DNA of 63,998 nucleotides, filler included, from Perkinsus olseni (GCA_013115125.1; 12 parts of 12 records of this genome joined end to end with filler, not necessarily neighbours in it), one strand, 5' to 3'; positions 25,701 to 37,632 are shown, counted from the whole stretch's first letter. Notes: generated by a model from the sequence alone, not told the origin. Numbers and translations: made by a program.

Positions 25701-26745
25701 CGTGAGAGTCCGGAGGGCAGATGACTGCATCTTGCTGAACGACGTGCTTTGTGAGAAACGACTGGTCGACCAAGGTGGCTCCGAGCTTCAGCACTTCGCA
25801 GCCGTGTTCAGCAGCGTACGCATGCTAAGTCACCTAGAAGGATGCAAAACAGTGGGGCTCGACGGCACTTACAATGTTATCTACGGTGACGTCGTGCTAC
25901 TCGTAGTATGTGCTCTACCGCACGGCGAAACTGCTAAACCGGTCGCCATATGCTTACTCAAACGCGAATCGACCACTTCGGTCTCTTTCGCTCTTCGAAG
26001 GCTAATGGAAGCCGCGGCAGCCCTGGATATCCGAGGAACAGAACCTGAAGAAGTGGTGATCGATGGCGCTGAGCCTCTTCACGCTGCCGTGAAGGAGGTC
26101 TGGCGAGATGCGAGGATAATCAGCTGCTACTATCACGTCAAGCAGAGAGCTAAGAAAGCGAAGGCTAAAGCTCACCTCTCTGGGAGCCTATGGCGACAAG
26201 TGAATCGCGATCTAGACGTCATGGGGGATGCATGGGGTAGGAACGATTGGAGAGAGTTGCGGGACCTCTTCCTGAGAAAATACGAGAGTAAGTCGGGGGT
26301 CAATAAACGGTAGCAACCATACCTCTCTATCACAGGTAACTCCACAACACTCTCCCCGACCGACGCAGAATCAATGAAGATCTTCATGACTGAATTCAAG
26401 CATTACTTGGACGATTCGGATTGGAGAAGTAGATGGGGGGCTTACAACAGCGAGATATCTGGCCCGAGGACTAATAACTCCGTCGAGCGCTTCAACTCCG
26501 AATTAAAGAAGACTGTACTCTCGAGCCGTCATCGTCGAACCCTAGCATCTTTCGGGGCTTTCTTAAAATGTACCGCTCGGTGGATGGAGCTCTCGCAGTA
26601 CGGTCACGGCTATCGCGTGAAGGGGGTACCTGAGAGAGAAGACAGGGTGAAAGCTAAGGAGTTCTTCACACGCGATCTTTTCTCAATAGTCCCACGATCA
26701 TGGGATTCGGGTACTACCGGCAACTTGGGAGACGACGACAACTAG
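22752..26745 (+). CDS. Pif1-family (SF1B) helicase fused to a MULE/Mutator DDE transposase; introns 23546-23585 and 26288-26335; true start and end uncertain
   Basis: Helicase: GFAGTGKT, SGMAA..LKGGETI, LIDEV, PFGGVPVILSGDPCQL, TNREAEQFN, TNGQMGTV, RRQVPLTLCAAVTAHK, MYTIMSRV. Transposase: GLDGTYN, VIDG, CYYH, TNNSVERFN. Both GT-AG introns restore the reading frame. Confidence 0.88.
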
Positions 26746-26911
26746 GCACACTCGCAGCAAAGCCGCTAGACGTGCGATCTCGAGTTAGGCATTCATTGTG
26801 TTGCGATGGAGNNNNNNNNNNNNNNNNNNNNNNNNNNNNNNNNNNNNNNNNNNNNTTAATTAATTAANNNNNNNNNNNNNNNNNNNNNNNNNNNNNNNNN
26901 NNNNNNNNNNN

Positions 26912-27170
26912 ATGGTATAGATATCCTCGACCCCCATATAGGCAACGACCTAATCCGCCAAATAGACTTCTGAATGGTATAGATATCCTCGACCCCCATA
27001 TAGGCAACGACCTAATCCGCCAAATAGACTTCTGAATGGTATAGATATCCTCGACCCCCATATAGGCAACGACCTAATCCGCCAAATAGACTTCTGAATG
27101 GTATAGATATCCTCGACCCCCATATAGGCAACGACCTAATCCGCCAAATAGACTTCTGAATGGTATAGAT
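26912..27170 (+). repeat. 62-bp perfect tandem repeat, 4+ copies at contig end
   Basis: ATGGTATAGATATCCTCGACCCCCATATAGGCAACGACCTAATCCGCCAAATAGACTTCTGA at 26912, 26974, 27036 and 27098, partial at 27160. Confidence 0.97.
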
Positions 27171-28652
27171 CGGCTAGTTCGGGACCATGCATCAAGGCTG
27201 AGCACCGTCAAGCCGATCTGAGCGAGGAAAGCTGGCTACGTAGGCTTGGCACATTCTCACCTGCGACCATCGCTATATGCCCACGTACTCGGTCGTACAG
27301 CTGTCGCACTAGTTCTCTACAGCTCGGCTCTGCCGAGTCGGCAGGGTTTACTGCGGGACCCGCAGTGTGGGTTCAAAGACTTTAGGAACGTCTTGAAGGA
27401 AACGTTGCCGACAGTGCAGAGTGCGACGTCAGAACGAATGACAAATTGCATTAGACCTCCCATCCACTCTTTGTTGGTATCGGTTGTACTGGGTGTCGCC
27501 CCCTAAACCACCGCAGTTACCCTCTTGCGCTTACTCAGTAAGCCTTACTGCATGTAGACTGTTCGACCCCGCTAAGCAACTTCTTGCTTATCTTGATCAC
27601 ACGGCCGCATCGGGGGCACCTGGTGGAGTCGCCTTCAACGTTTTGTATCAGCTGAGCTGATAAAAAACGTGGAGCTCCCACTCTGCAGCAAGCTTGTCTG
27701 CGATCGACCGTCGGGGAGAGGGCATGAAAAAATCAGATGGCAACTCTCTGTAACAACGTTGGAAACCTTTAAAGCCCTCCAATGCACATTAAGCCTTCAA
27801 TGACAGTGCTCATGTTAGTCTCGAGTGGTTCGATGGTTCGAACACCAGGTGATTCAATAAGCGGTTTTCATGTTGGTCAAACTCTTCTTCCATGAGGTTT
27901 GTTACGCTCGCTTCAATTTACGTTACGCGCTTCCTCCCGTGAGCGCAAGAGCCTGCCGTAACGGTCCGTAACGTGAACCAGGTTCACGTCCGTTCACTGA
28001 ACCTGCCCATCTATAGCTGTGACGCCGTGTGACATTCACCACCGGTGACATCGGTGACTCACCGGTGGTTGTCTACTCACTATCGATACCATTCGTTTAT
28101 TGACAATCGTGCATATGACCCCGATATCTCCAGAGTACCTATAAAGTGTTATGAATAACTGAATGCGAGTCGTCGTCCTTGTGAGAGGGGTGTGTTCTAT
28201 AACTGTGGCGTTCGAGAGTAGGCTAGCCGGGGGACAATCGACTGGCTCCCAGCTTCTCGATCGATTCCCACGTGAAATGTCGTTGACTCCTGGTGATATA
28301 ATACCACTGATATTAGAGATTCTGTCTGTTCATCATCGCGCTACGCATCTGTAACGCCTGCAATGGCGTCCTATGGATGCTGCTACGGTAGTGGGGTCCG
28401 TCGAGGTCCTCGTTTACTGCAATCTGTCGAAGGCTTAGCCTTCGAGGCCTGCGCAGTCTGTTGAGCCGCACGCGAGTACACAGCCTAGTTCCTGCGAGCG
28501 TCCTAAGCTCGGCTATGTACTCGCGTGCGCTGATAAGCTGTGAGGCGGCTAGAAAGAGTATCACCTGGGCCGCTGTATTTTAATAGTGTTAACTCCACAC
28601 CAGCGTTCACGAGGGTCTAACCAAGAATGCTCATCCCTTCCTAATAGGATGG

Positions 28653-28896
28653 TATTGTTAAACTGCCCAGAACCTCCCTAGTGGTATACTATTGTTAAAC
28701 TGCCCAGAACCTCCCTAGTGGTATACTATTGTTATGCTGGCCAGCATCTCCCTAATGGTATACTATTGTTATGCTGCCCAGCACCTCCCTAATGGTATAC
28801 TATTGTTATGCTGCCCAGCATCTCCCTAATGGTATACTACTGTTGTGCTGCCCAGCGCCTGCTTAATGGTATACTAATGTTATGCGGCCCAGCACC
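28653..28896 (+). repeat. 37-bp minisatellite, about 6.6 copies
   Basis: Consensus near TATTGTTATGCTGCCCAGCACCTCCCTAATGGTATAC; units at 28653, 28690, 28727, 28764, 28801, 28838 and 28875. Confidence 0.95.
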
Positions 28897-29343
28897 ATTT
28901 CTACAATACGAACCGTACTGGCGTGACGGTCTGGTGAGTGTAAATAACGTCTGCTAGCTATTAACTAGAAGATAGTAGCTCGTTGTGACCTGATGAGGCA
29001 AAGAGTGCTGATTGCGGTGCTGTTTGATGCAAGTTCGAGAACAAGGTTTGGTCGCGGTCATCGTTTTTGAAAGCGTCTGGGGTCTACAGTAGACTCTGGA
29101 GATGTCACTCAACGACGAGGCTGCGTATGAGTTGCGACGTCATCATGGGCGTCTCTTCCGCGTGAAGATTTCTCAGTGAAATACATGATGTCCTTTCAGA
29201 GGACTCCTATGCGTCCATGGTGACCAGGTACTTCCTATTTTAGTCCGGCCGTAAGCTAACTTAGTTCGAATTCAATTCTCCCATCCATGAGCATGAGAGA
29301 CGATGGGCGAGAGCATTTGTCCAGCTTCATCAACAGCCTATTC

Positions 29344-30710
29344 ATGTCTATCCGCTCAGTCGTCTTGGCTGCTTTCCTGAGCACAGCAGCCTCTCAGAGG
29401 AACATTGTGAGCCTTTCTCAGAGGAGATTGCCTTTCCAGAACGGAACCGCCCGAGATGCCTTCCCTTCTTCAGCAGGTGGGAAGCTCCCACTGGGAACAT
29501 TACTCGTTCGCGTCCTCTTCCCATCTCAGCTGAATTTCAGGCACACTAAGGCATATTCAGACGCTTCAACTCGATGATGCTGTATCGCCCATATCGCAGT
29601 TTGCCAACTGAGCTCGATCATTGTGGATTCTGGCGGCTCCGAACTTTTGGCCACGACTGATGAAGAGTGAGTTTATTGATGATAGGGCTCCGGCCCGAAC
29701 TGAAGGTCAGCCGCTCACCTCTGTCAGGACATTCATCACTATGGAGCTTGACCGGACTTCACGTGGTCGGTTTGATGTGTCCGAAGCTACCATATACCCC
29801 ATGCGTGATCCTCAAGGGCAGATAATGATATTCAACGATGACTTTCTAGGTCAGCAGCACTTATCCTTGTTGGTATTGGTCCAGCAAGAGATCCTTTTCC
29901 GAAGACGGGGCTCAGGAAGAAAGCTCTCCCTGCTGGCCTAGCAACGCTAGGCAATCCACAACTTCGAGGGTTTGCTTCTCGTGTTTCCGTAGATATTGCT
30001 GCGAGTCTTACCATCGACGGTACTTATCGAGGCCGGGGAAGAGGAGATCTGATCGTCAGTTCTGTGGATGACAGAGGAATACTCTTGAGGTCAGAGAAGT
30101 CTTCCCCGGCTTACACTGGGGAAGGCCCGCGCCTGTTGTTGATGAGAAGGACTTCCAGATACCCCGACGGAGTTCGCTCCCGAGCGAGTACTGAGCTGAA
30201 TATAGCAGACTTCTTGCGGGAATGCGGTGACGGCCCAGAAGCAATAACCAAATTGCGTATTTTAGGACGTGAATTCGGCCTCTCTAGTATCTCTACTTCT
30301 AGGTCCGAGGCGACGGGACCTATGTGACCACCTTCTCATGCTCTGCGGCAGCTCTACCAGCGACGATTTCAATGTCTATTCCGCTTACGCATATGATGAG
30401 AGCATCCCCAATCGGTTCTTTGTTGAGGTAGGCTACCTCAGCCTGAGACCCTCAGGTAGCTTGTCCCCGAGTCTCGTGTGTCGAGGGATCAGTATGCTCC
30501 TGAGTCAGGAGGCCTGACCATGCGCATCCGCTCTCTGGGGTCGCTACAGACTCCGTGACACAAACTCTTTGAGCATCATCTTGTCCGGTTCGTCGTTCTG
30601 CTGCTCGGGGGTTCATGTTTGCTGCTCCTGCCTGATTCAGTCGCGAGACTCTTTCGATCCCGCCGACATGGCGGGGCTGCGCAACGGAGATTTCATGATA
30701 CTCTTCAGCA
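29344..30710 (+). CDS. Hypothetical multi-exon secreted protein
   Basis: Signal-like MSIRSVVLAAFLSTAAS followed by coding-like segments separated by short GT-AG-type introns. No family recognised. Confidence 0.45.
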
Positions 30711-32257
30711 GGTAGGTTAGTCAGTAACCGTGAACTCATATCGATGGCCCTCTTTCTGATCAAACAGGACACGATAAGGTGATGGGTTTCAATGAAACCG
30801 TTTCATGGAGAGCTCCCACTACACTGCGGGGCTGCGCAACGGAGATTTCATGATACTCTTCAGCAGGTAGGTTAGTCAGTAACCGTGAACTCATATCGNN
30901 NNNNNNNNNNNNNNNNNNNNNNNNNNNNNNNNNNNNNNNNNNNNNNNNNNNNNNNNNNNNNNNNNNNNNNNNNNNNNNNNNNNNNNNNNNNNNNNNNGAT
31001 GGCCCTCTTTCTGATCAGGCAGGACACGATAAGGTGATGGGTTTCAATGAAACCGTTTCATGGAGAGCTCCCACTACACTGTAGTGTAGTGACTACACTG
31101 TAGTCTACACTGTAGTCTCACTAGTCTTTCAGCAACGGAAGTATAGCAAGCCGAACTATGCGGATCGGTTATGTTACATCGATTGAACATCGATGTGGAA
31201 GTGATGGGTGCGTAAGCTGAAGTGGTAACGGAAGTCCAGCGCGGTGTTCGACACTGCCGCAATGACTTCCCTCTGCGCTTGTCCTTGCCGCTTGAAGCGG
31301 TAGATAGTGGTTGTGATAGGTTCAATATTGGGAGACCAAAGGGCTTGGCTACACGAGAGGATCGACTCGGACGAATCTTCGTTTACACTACTGGCTCTAT
31401 CCTAGGCAGAAGTTTGCCTAGTGACCCAACTATACTCACGACTTTCGAGTGGATGCCAGACTCGTGATGGTCGCTAACATTCCCAACCTGAAGCTGACAG
31501 GCCGCCATTTCTCACTTTCTGCTCTTCTTCCCTTGGTGGTATGTACCATAGCATTGGTAGCCATCCTTCAGGAAATTTGAAGGAATCAGAAGGCTAACGG
31601 CTAGTTGAAGAAACTCCAAAACGGGGGCGAGCTTGTTTGCCATTTCCACCATCTCCTTCGTACGCCAACTGTCACATCGTTATTATGAGTAGGACTCATT
31701 CAAACTGAGTCATCCGTTATCATAGCCGTCATCATGCCCGTTTGGAACGGTTTTTCTCTTTCTGTCGCATGGGAGAAGCCAGAGAATAGGACGAGACAAC
31801 TTTTTCATAAAGGTCTTGTGTTTTAAACACAGTGTTTGGGGCAGTGATCATGCATTGGGAGCGAACTCGGTGGATATCGCGACTCAAATAATCCATTTAT
31901 GGAGAAAAAAGGATTGACCTGAATCTAACAAATCCTCGTAGTGTCCAATTGATTGAGACAAATGTCAGACAAGAAAAGGGCTCGGAACTATCCCTCGTTC
32001 AGTTTCATAATGGCCTCATAGGGCATAAATCGGGACGGGTGTATCTCAACTGATCCAGTATAAATTCGTCCAGTGGTCATCTCGCCCAAAGGTGCAACTC
32101 GTCCATCTCTGTGCGTCCAGTATAAATTCGTCCAGTATAATTCCATCCAGCGTGACGNNNNNNNNNNNNNNNNNNNNNNNNNNNNNNNNNNNNNNNNNNN
32201 NTTAATTAATTAANNNNNNNNNNNNNNNNNNNNNNNNNNNNNNNNNNNNNNNNNNNN

Positions 32258-32646
32258 AGTGCTTCCTAACTCAGTGGGGTAAATGCCTTGATCACGAATG
32301 CCGTACTCTCGGTCCCGGTGTTCTCACTATCCAGCCCGGTGCCATGAACGATACCAACTTCAGTACGGCTGCCGGATGCAAGGCGTCTCCTTGCTTTACT
32401 CTCCTTGGCATGCCGTCCGAGAAGTGCACCGATGAAGTCGTTTGGAGACTTCAAAATGATGACGCTCGCACCGCCACTGGTGTCCATACCATTGGTTCCA
32501 AGAATCAGCTGGCCGTCGCCCTCGAGCCGTGGGCTAGTGATAGCCTTGCTGCCTGGCTTGGCAGGATGATGGTATTCCAATCTAACACTCCGTATCTTCG
32601 GAGTATGAACGCTAGAGAAAGCAAGTTGGCCATTCTTTCTCAGTGA
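32258..32646 (+). CDS. Short-chain dehydrogenase/reductase, 3' part (copy 1)
   Basis: CFLTQWGKCLDHECRTLGPGVLTIQPGAMNDTNF..., clearly paralogous to 36245-36627. A further 3' exon is likely. Confidence 0.8.
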
Positions 32647-33094
32647 GTTGATTTCGGCTTTCAGAGTCGCTCACTGTACTTCGTTCGCTTCAGTTCGGGC
32701 CATCGATTTTCATGAGTTACGCCCCGTTTATCGGTTATGCGGTTCATTTTCGAGCCAAGAAGTTCAGCATCACTGTTTTGATTTCATTTCGGGATCCCGT
32801 GAATAGGGCCAAAGAAGAGCGTTAAGATTGAATGGGCGTTGACCGCCGCTTCTCCCTCTGTTCGTGTGTTTCAATGCTCTGTGTATGCGTGCTGCCGCTG
32901 TTGTAAAGGCCAGCGGAATTCTTTGGTACGATTATGGTCGAGGCGTTGTTCCTCGCAATCACGCTGTTTCCTATTCTATTAACAAGTCTGTTATTAAGTT
33001 GTTGTTGTCAATAACAACCATCAGCTCATTAACCCATCACCTTCATTACGACGATACTTCTGCCACGAGAGACTTCAATGCGCCGTGGGAATGT

Positions 33095-33630
33095 TTACGA
33101 AGCTTTCGACTCTGGAGCATGAATCATGCTGCATGATGGAGATTCAGGCTCAGAGTCTTCCATTGCCAGCTTCAGCCGCTGCTGGGCTCCGGCGAGGTCA
33201 CGCAGCACACTCTCAAGTCGAGTATTTTCGTATCTGGCTTTGCACCTACGAACCGTGGACAGGCTTGAACCGATGAGATCACTCTCCTCAGCATTGCCCA
33301 AGACTTCGAACAATTAGGATGGGCTCTTACCTCATGGACCCAAAGGATTAGGCTAACTTGATAGCCTCGCCAATAGGCTGAACTCGAGAGGGTCTCACCC
33401 GGAATAGCCTTACAGGGAGTGCACAACCGCAGTTGAACATGAACCTTCTTCGAATCTAGCAAAAGAGGCTCAGCAGCAGTTTCCCAGGCCTACAGGTTGT
33501 CAGGAGGATAATCTCGCATCATCTCGCGCACTTTCCCGAATTGCTCATCCGTCCCGTGATCTGCTACCGTTACCAAAACGAGACGGAGGAGAAGGACGTG
33601 GAGTCGGTACGACGAGCCACTATGCGCCAT
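33095..33630 (-). pseudogene. Probable decayed secreted-protein gene
   Basis: Signal-like N-terminus from ATG 33630. In-frame TAG at 33490-33492 with the frame continuing to a GTAAG donor near 33330. Confidence 0.35.
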
Positions 33631-34109
33631 AGTGGCTCGTCGTAGCGGCATAGAGATGAAATCACTATGCCATATGATGCAAGTCTTTCGCTGCAAGAAC
33701 GGCACTCGAAGTCTCATTTTATAGTAATAAATTTTGCGTGTCAATCATTTATTGAGATATTGTGATTAATGCTTTAAAGAGCCCCGCTCACTGTCAGTTC
33801 TCTGTTGTGGGCCGTAGTAGTGTGCCTAGCATGGTAATATGGTGGGCCATCCGAGAACAGAGTATCATTCTCACGGCGGCCTACTTGTGTGCTAGCTGAG
33901 AGATTCCGGTCTCAGTATCAGCAACCGAAGCACGGTTCGGTTTAGAATCAGGAACTCTAGGCGGTTGGAACCCAGAGAGGACGTCTATCGAATCGTTTAG
34001 CGAGACCAGATTTATCACAAGGCGAAGTCGTAGACACTGTCACAGTCGTGTTAGACTCTTCAAGCTTGAATGTCAGGGACAGGGAATTACCCAACTGGCA
34101 GCCTACTAG

Positions 34110-35184
34110 ACCTTTTCAACATCTAGTTCGACAGTGGAACCATCAAGTTCGCCGAGGCGGGCGAAGTTGGATGTACGAATCTGAAACGGGAATATCTATT
34201 CCGCACGTGGAACATTCAATTTCCCGTTGGGACTCTCGAATCCGCACGTTGGCCCTTCGTTAGTTCAAGTTCGGCACGATGGAACTTTCAACTTCGCAAT
34301 AGGGAACTTCAATTTCACATTCGAACATTCAATATTCGTGAGCGGTCCTTGGAACCTTCAATTTCGCGGCACTGGGAAATTCAACCTCGCAAATGGGATG
34401 TTCGATTTCGTTGTCCCAGCACTTTTCGCACTTCAATCCCCAATGAACACGAGAAGAACGCGAATGCTGAAACACAGTTCATATGATGATGTCATGGCTA
34501 CACTTCCGCCACGCGGCAGTGACGGAACGGCCTTGCAGCGAATCGATGATCGTTTAACGATCTAAGCGCCAACTGGCATATCTTCCAAGTTGATAGCTCT
34601 TCCAAGGAATCCGATTGCGTGCCCGCATAGGCGAGCCGCTTGGGGCACCGTGACCGAGTGACGATGCCTACGGGCCATGTCTTCAAGCAGCTGGTAGTGG
34701 TACTCGCCCTGAGAACAATCAGGACTGAACAACCGGAGACTGACTGATAAAGGTTGAACTAACTTACCTTCTGAATGTCTCCATTCGGTGGGTTGACGAC
34801 CTATGAACTATATGAACTGTGTTTCAGCATTCGCCTTCTTCTCGTGTTCATTGGGGATTGAAGTGCGAAAAGTGCCGGGACAACGAAATCGAACATCCCA
34901 TTTGCGAAGTTGAATTTCCCAGTGCCGCGAAATTGAAGGTTCCAAGGACCGCTCACGAATATTGAATGTTCGAATGTGAAATTGAAGTTCCCTATTGCGA
35001 AGTTGAAAGTTCCATCGTGCCGAACTTGAACTAACGAAGGGCCAACGTGCGGATTCGAGAGTCCCAACGGGAAATTGAATGTTCCACGTGCGGAATAGAT
35101 ATTCCCGTTTCAGATTCGTACATCCAACTTCGCCCGCCTCGGCGAACTTGATGGTTCCACTGTCGAACTAGATGTTGAAAAGGT
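34110..35184. mobile_element. Fold-back structure: near-identical inverted arms of about 375 bp (34110-34484 and 34810-35184) around a 325-bp spacer
   Basis: The arms are reverse complements with only a few substitutions and are built from recurring GAAC(A)TTCAAT-type motifs. No clear target-site duplication. Confidence 0.8.
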
Positions 35185-35566
35185 GTAGCGCGAATTGAAG
35201 GGAATTACTCCAACTCTAGCGCGAATATCGTTCTATCAACGGAGTAAGGCTTTGCAGTTGGCGATAGTTGTTCCACGAAGTGTCGTTCGTGCAGTGCGCG
35301 TTCCCTAGCGGAGACCTCATCACGTGTGAAGTACGCCCACATCCAATAAAAATACGTAAACTACTGACGCTTGAACTACGATCAAAGTTATGGTACTTGT
35401 GATGACCTGGTGGGAGGATGGCGCAGCGCCATTGGCGCTACCCTTAACGCCGGTATGACACGACCAAGCTTTCAGGCAGCGTCCGCATAGTCTCAGGCTC
35501 CCTAGCGATCGCGACCAGATGCGAACACTCGATGGACACATGCGTTTGTTTTAGTTGATTTGTATC

Positions 35567-36745
35567 ATGGCTGAGAAGCAAAGTCTACCAGTGGTCCTCT
35601 CTATGGGTGCTTATCCATTCAACTTCTTTGAGTGGTTGAGTCTCACAGCGATTATGCTTTGTTGCACACCCATCATCTTGACGGGTCTGGCTTTTTCTTG
35701 GGTCGTCCACAAACTTCAGGGCCCTATCTTCGATATGGGTTATCCTTATAACCTCAAGCCAGTGAGAGCTTCTCGCGACGAGTATGCTGTTGTTACCGGC
35801 GCGTCGAAGGGCATGGGGCGTCAGTTTGCGATGAAGTTGGCGAAGGCAGGTTGGAGTTTGGTTATTTCTGCTCGTAACGAGAAGTTGTTGAACGAGTTGA
35901 AAGATACTATGGTGAAGACCTACGGCCCTAGTTGCAAGGTTATCGTCGTCGCCTGTGATTTGTCATGTGATGAAGGTCTTGCCAAGCTCCGTGCTGCCGT
36001 TGATGATCTTCCAGTCACCCTCGCTGTTCTAAATGCTGGTGGTATGTATTCATGTGATATCGTCAATCTCGAGCCCGAGAAGTTGGAAGCTCAGATCCGT
36101 CTAAATGTCATCCAACAGGTGATGCTCTCACAGTACTTCATGGCCCATCACTTCGTTCCTCGTAGAAAGGGTCGTGTCTGCATCATCAGCTCATTGGCAG
36201 CCCATTCGGTAGGAAGCGGCAACGCCTTCTACTACAGTTCAAAGTGATTCCTAACTCAGTGGGGTAAATGCCTTGATCACGAGTGCCGTACTCTCGGTCC
36301 CGGTGTTCTCACTATTCAGCCGGGTGCCATGAACGATACCAACTTCAGTGTCGCTGCTGGATGCAGGGCGTCTCCTTTGTTCACACTCTTCGACATGCCC
36401 TCCGGCAAGTGCACCGATGAGGTCGTTTGGAGGCTCCAGAATGATGATCCTCGGATCGCTACTGGTGTGCATACCATCGGTCTCAGTAACCAGTTTGTCG
36501 CCGCTCTCGAGCCTTGGTTTACTGACAGCGTCGGGGCCTGGCTTGGCCGGATGATCACGTTCCAGTCTAACACTCCGTACCTCCGTGGTATGACCGCCAG
36601 AGAGAGCAAGTTGGCTATTCATGCCTAGTGACTTGAGCATTCCCTTGTTGGCTAAGCTGTCTTTTGCAGTCGTTCAGTTTCGCATTTTTTCGTCGGTATT
36701 GCTGTCGTTGTCAATTACCTCATGTCTATCCTCGGGCTTTGGTAG
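35567..36745 (+). CDS. Short-chain dehydrogenase/reductase (17-beta-HSD/ketoacyl-CoA reductase-like) with an in-frame TGA (copy 2)
   Basis: N-terminal hydrophobic segment, VVTGASKGMG, LNAG, ISS, YYSSK catalytic motif, TGA at 36245-36247, and the same frame continuing (QPGAM). Probable intron 36628-36669. Confidence 0.85.
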
Positions 36746-37336
36746 GAGTATCCTGAGTATCCCGTTCGCGCTAGGCTTCGTGGTCTCTCGCATCGGCTAG
36801 CGTATCAGTGGAGAAGAGACGGCGGGACTCTTTATACTTTGTGCCTTCACGAAATCGCGCAACCTCAAGACTCGGCGCGCCATCCGAGGACGAGGTTTCA
36901 TCGCCGCTGTGGGCTGCTTGTGTGCTGGCTGAGAGATTCTGTCTTCAGCTAGCCAGAAGCTCTTGCTGACTAGTACTAGAATAACAACTCTTGTCAAGAA
37001 CAAGTTCTTGAGTTGAGCCTCTTGACTCAAGACACTTGACAATAGGGTTAAGACGAGCGCAGATTCATCCAACAGAACATTTTTTAGGATTAGCAACCAC
37101 GTCTCGTTATCAATCATGCAGCTCGGCCATTGGAGATGGTCGTGCTAATTCCAATGGCCTTAGCGATTACTGCGTAGATTGGCAAGTCTCGTGAGTGAAA
37201 ACCACTCCATAGCTTTACATCGGTTGAGTTGTCTTCATATTTTGCCTTTCGCTCTACCGTGGCCTAACCATCGTGGGGCAGGCCGACTACTGATCACTTG
37301 GCTCTGAGCTCGAGTCTCTGGTAGTTGATTTGTATA

Positions 37337-37502
37337 ATGGCTGAGAAGCAAAGTTTACCAGTGGTCCTCTCTATGGGTGCTTATCCATTCAACTTCTTTG
37401 AGTGGTTGAGTCTCATAGCGATTATGCTCTGTTGCACACCCATCATCTTGACGGGTCTGGCTTTATCTTGGGTCGTCCACAAACTTCAGGGCCCTATCTT
37501 CA
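37337..37502 (+). CDS. Short-chain dehydrogenase/reductase, 5' part (copy 3), cut by the contig end
   Basis: Nearly identical to 35567-35731. Confidence 0.85.
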
Positions 37503-37632
37503 NNNNNNNNNNNNNNNNNNNNNNNNNNNNNNNNNNNNNNNNNNNNTTAATTAATTAANNNNNNNNNNNNNNNNNNNNNNNNNNNNNNNNNNNNNNNNNN
37601 NNAGCCACGACCAAAGGACCGGCGACCTGATG

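Noticed and set aside
22752-26745. Helitron call for the Pif1 gene
   Set aside because: No HUH/Y2 Rep motifs seen. The helicase is N-terminal and joined to a D-D-CxxH-E MULE core.
26912-28896. 62-bp and 37-bp repeats as CRISPR arrays
   Set aside because: Head-to-tail units with no unique spacers, no cas genes, and a eukaryotic context.
28990-29030. CTGATGAG as a hammerhead ribozyme core
   Set aside because: No stem II followed by GAAA in the required position.
30671-31080. 155-bp tandem duplication interrupted by an N gap
   Set aside because: The gap splits a contiguous sequence within the second copy, so it is probably a scaffolding or haplotype artefact.
34227-35067. Twin ORFs MGLSNPHVGPSLVQ on opposite strands
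   Set aside because: By-product of the inverted arms, with TTG starts and low-complexity sequence.
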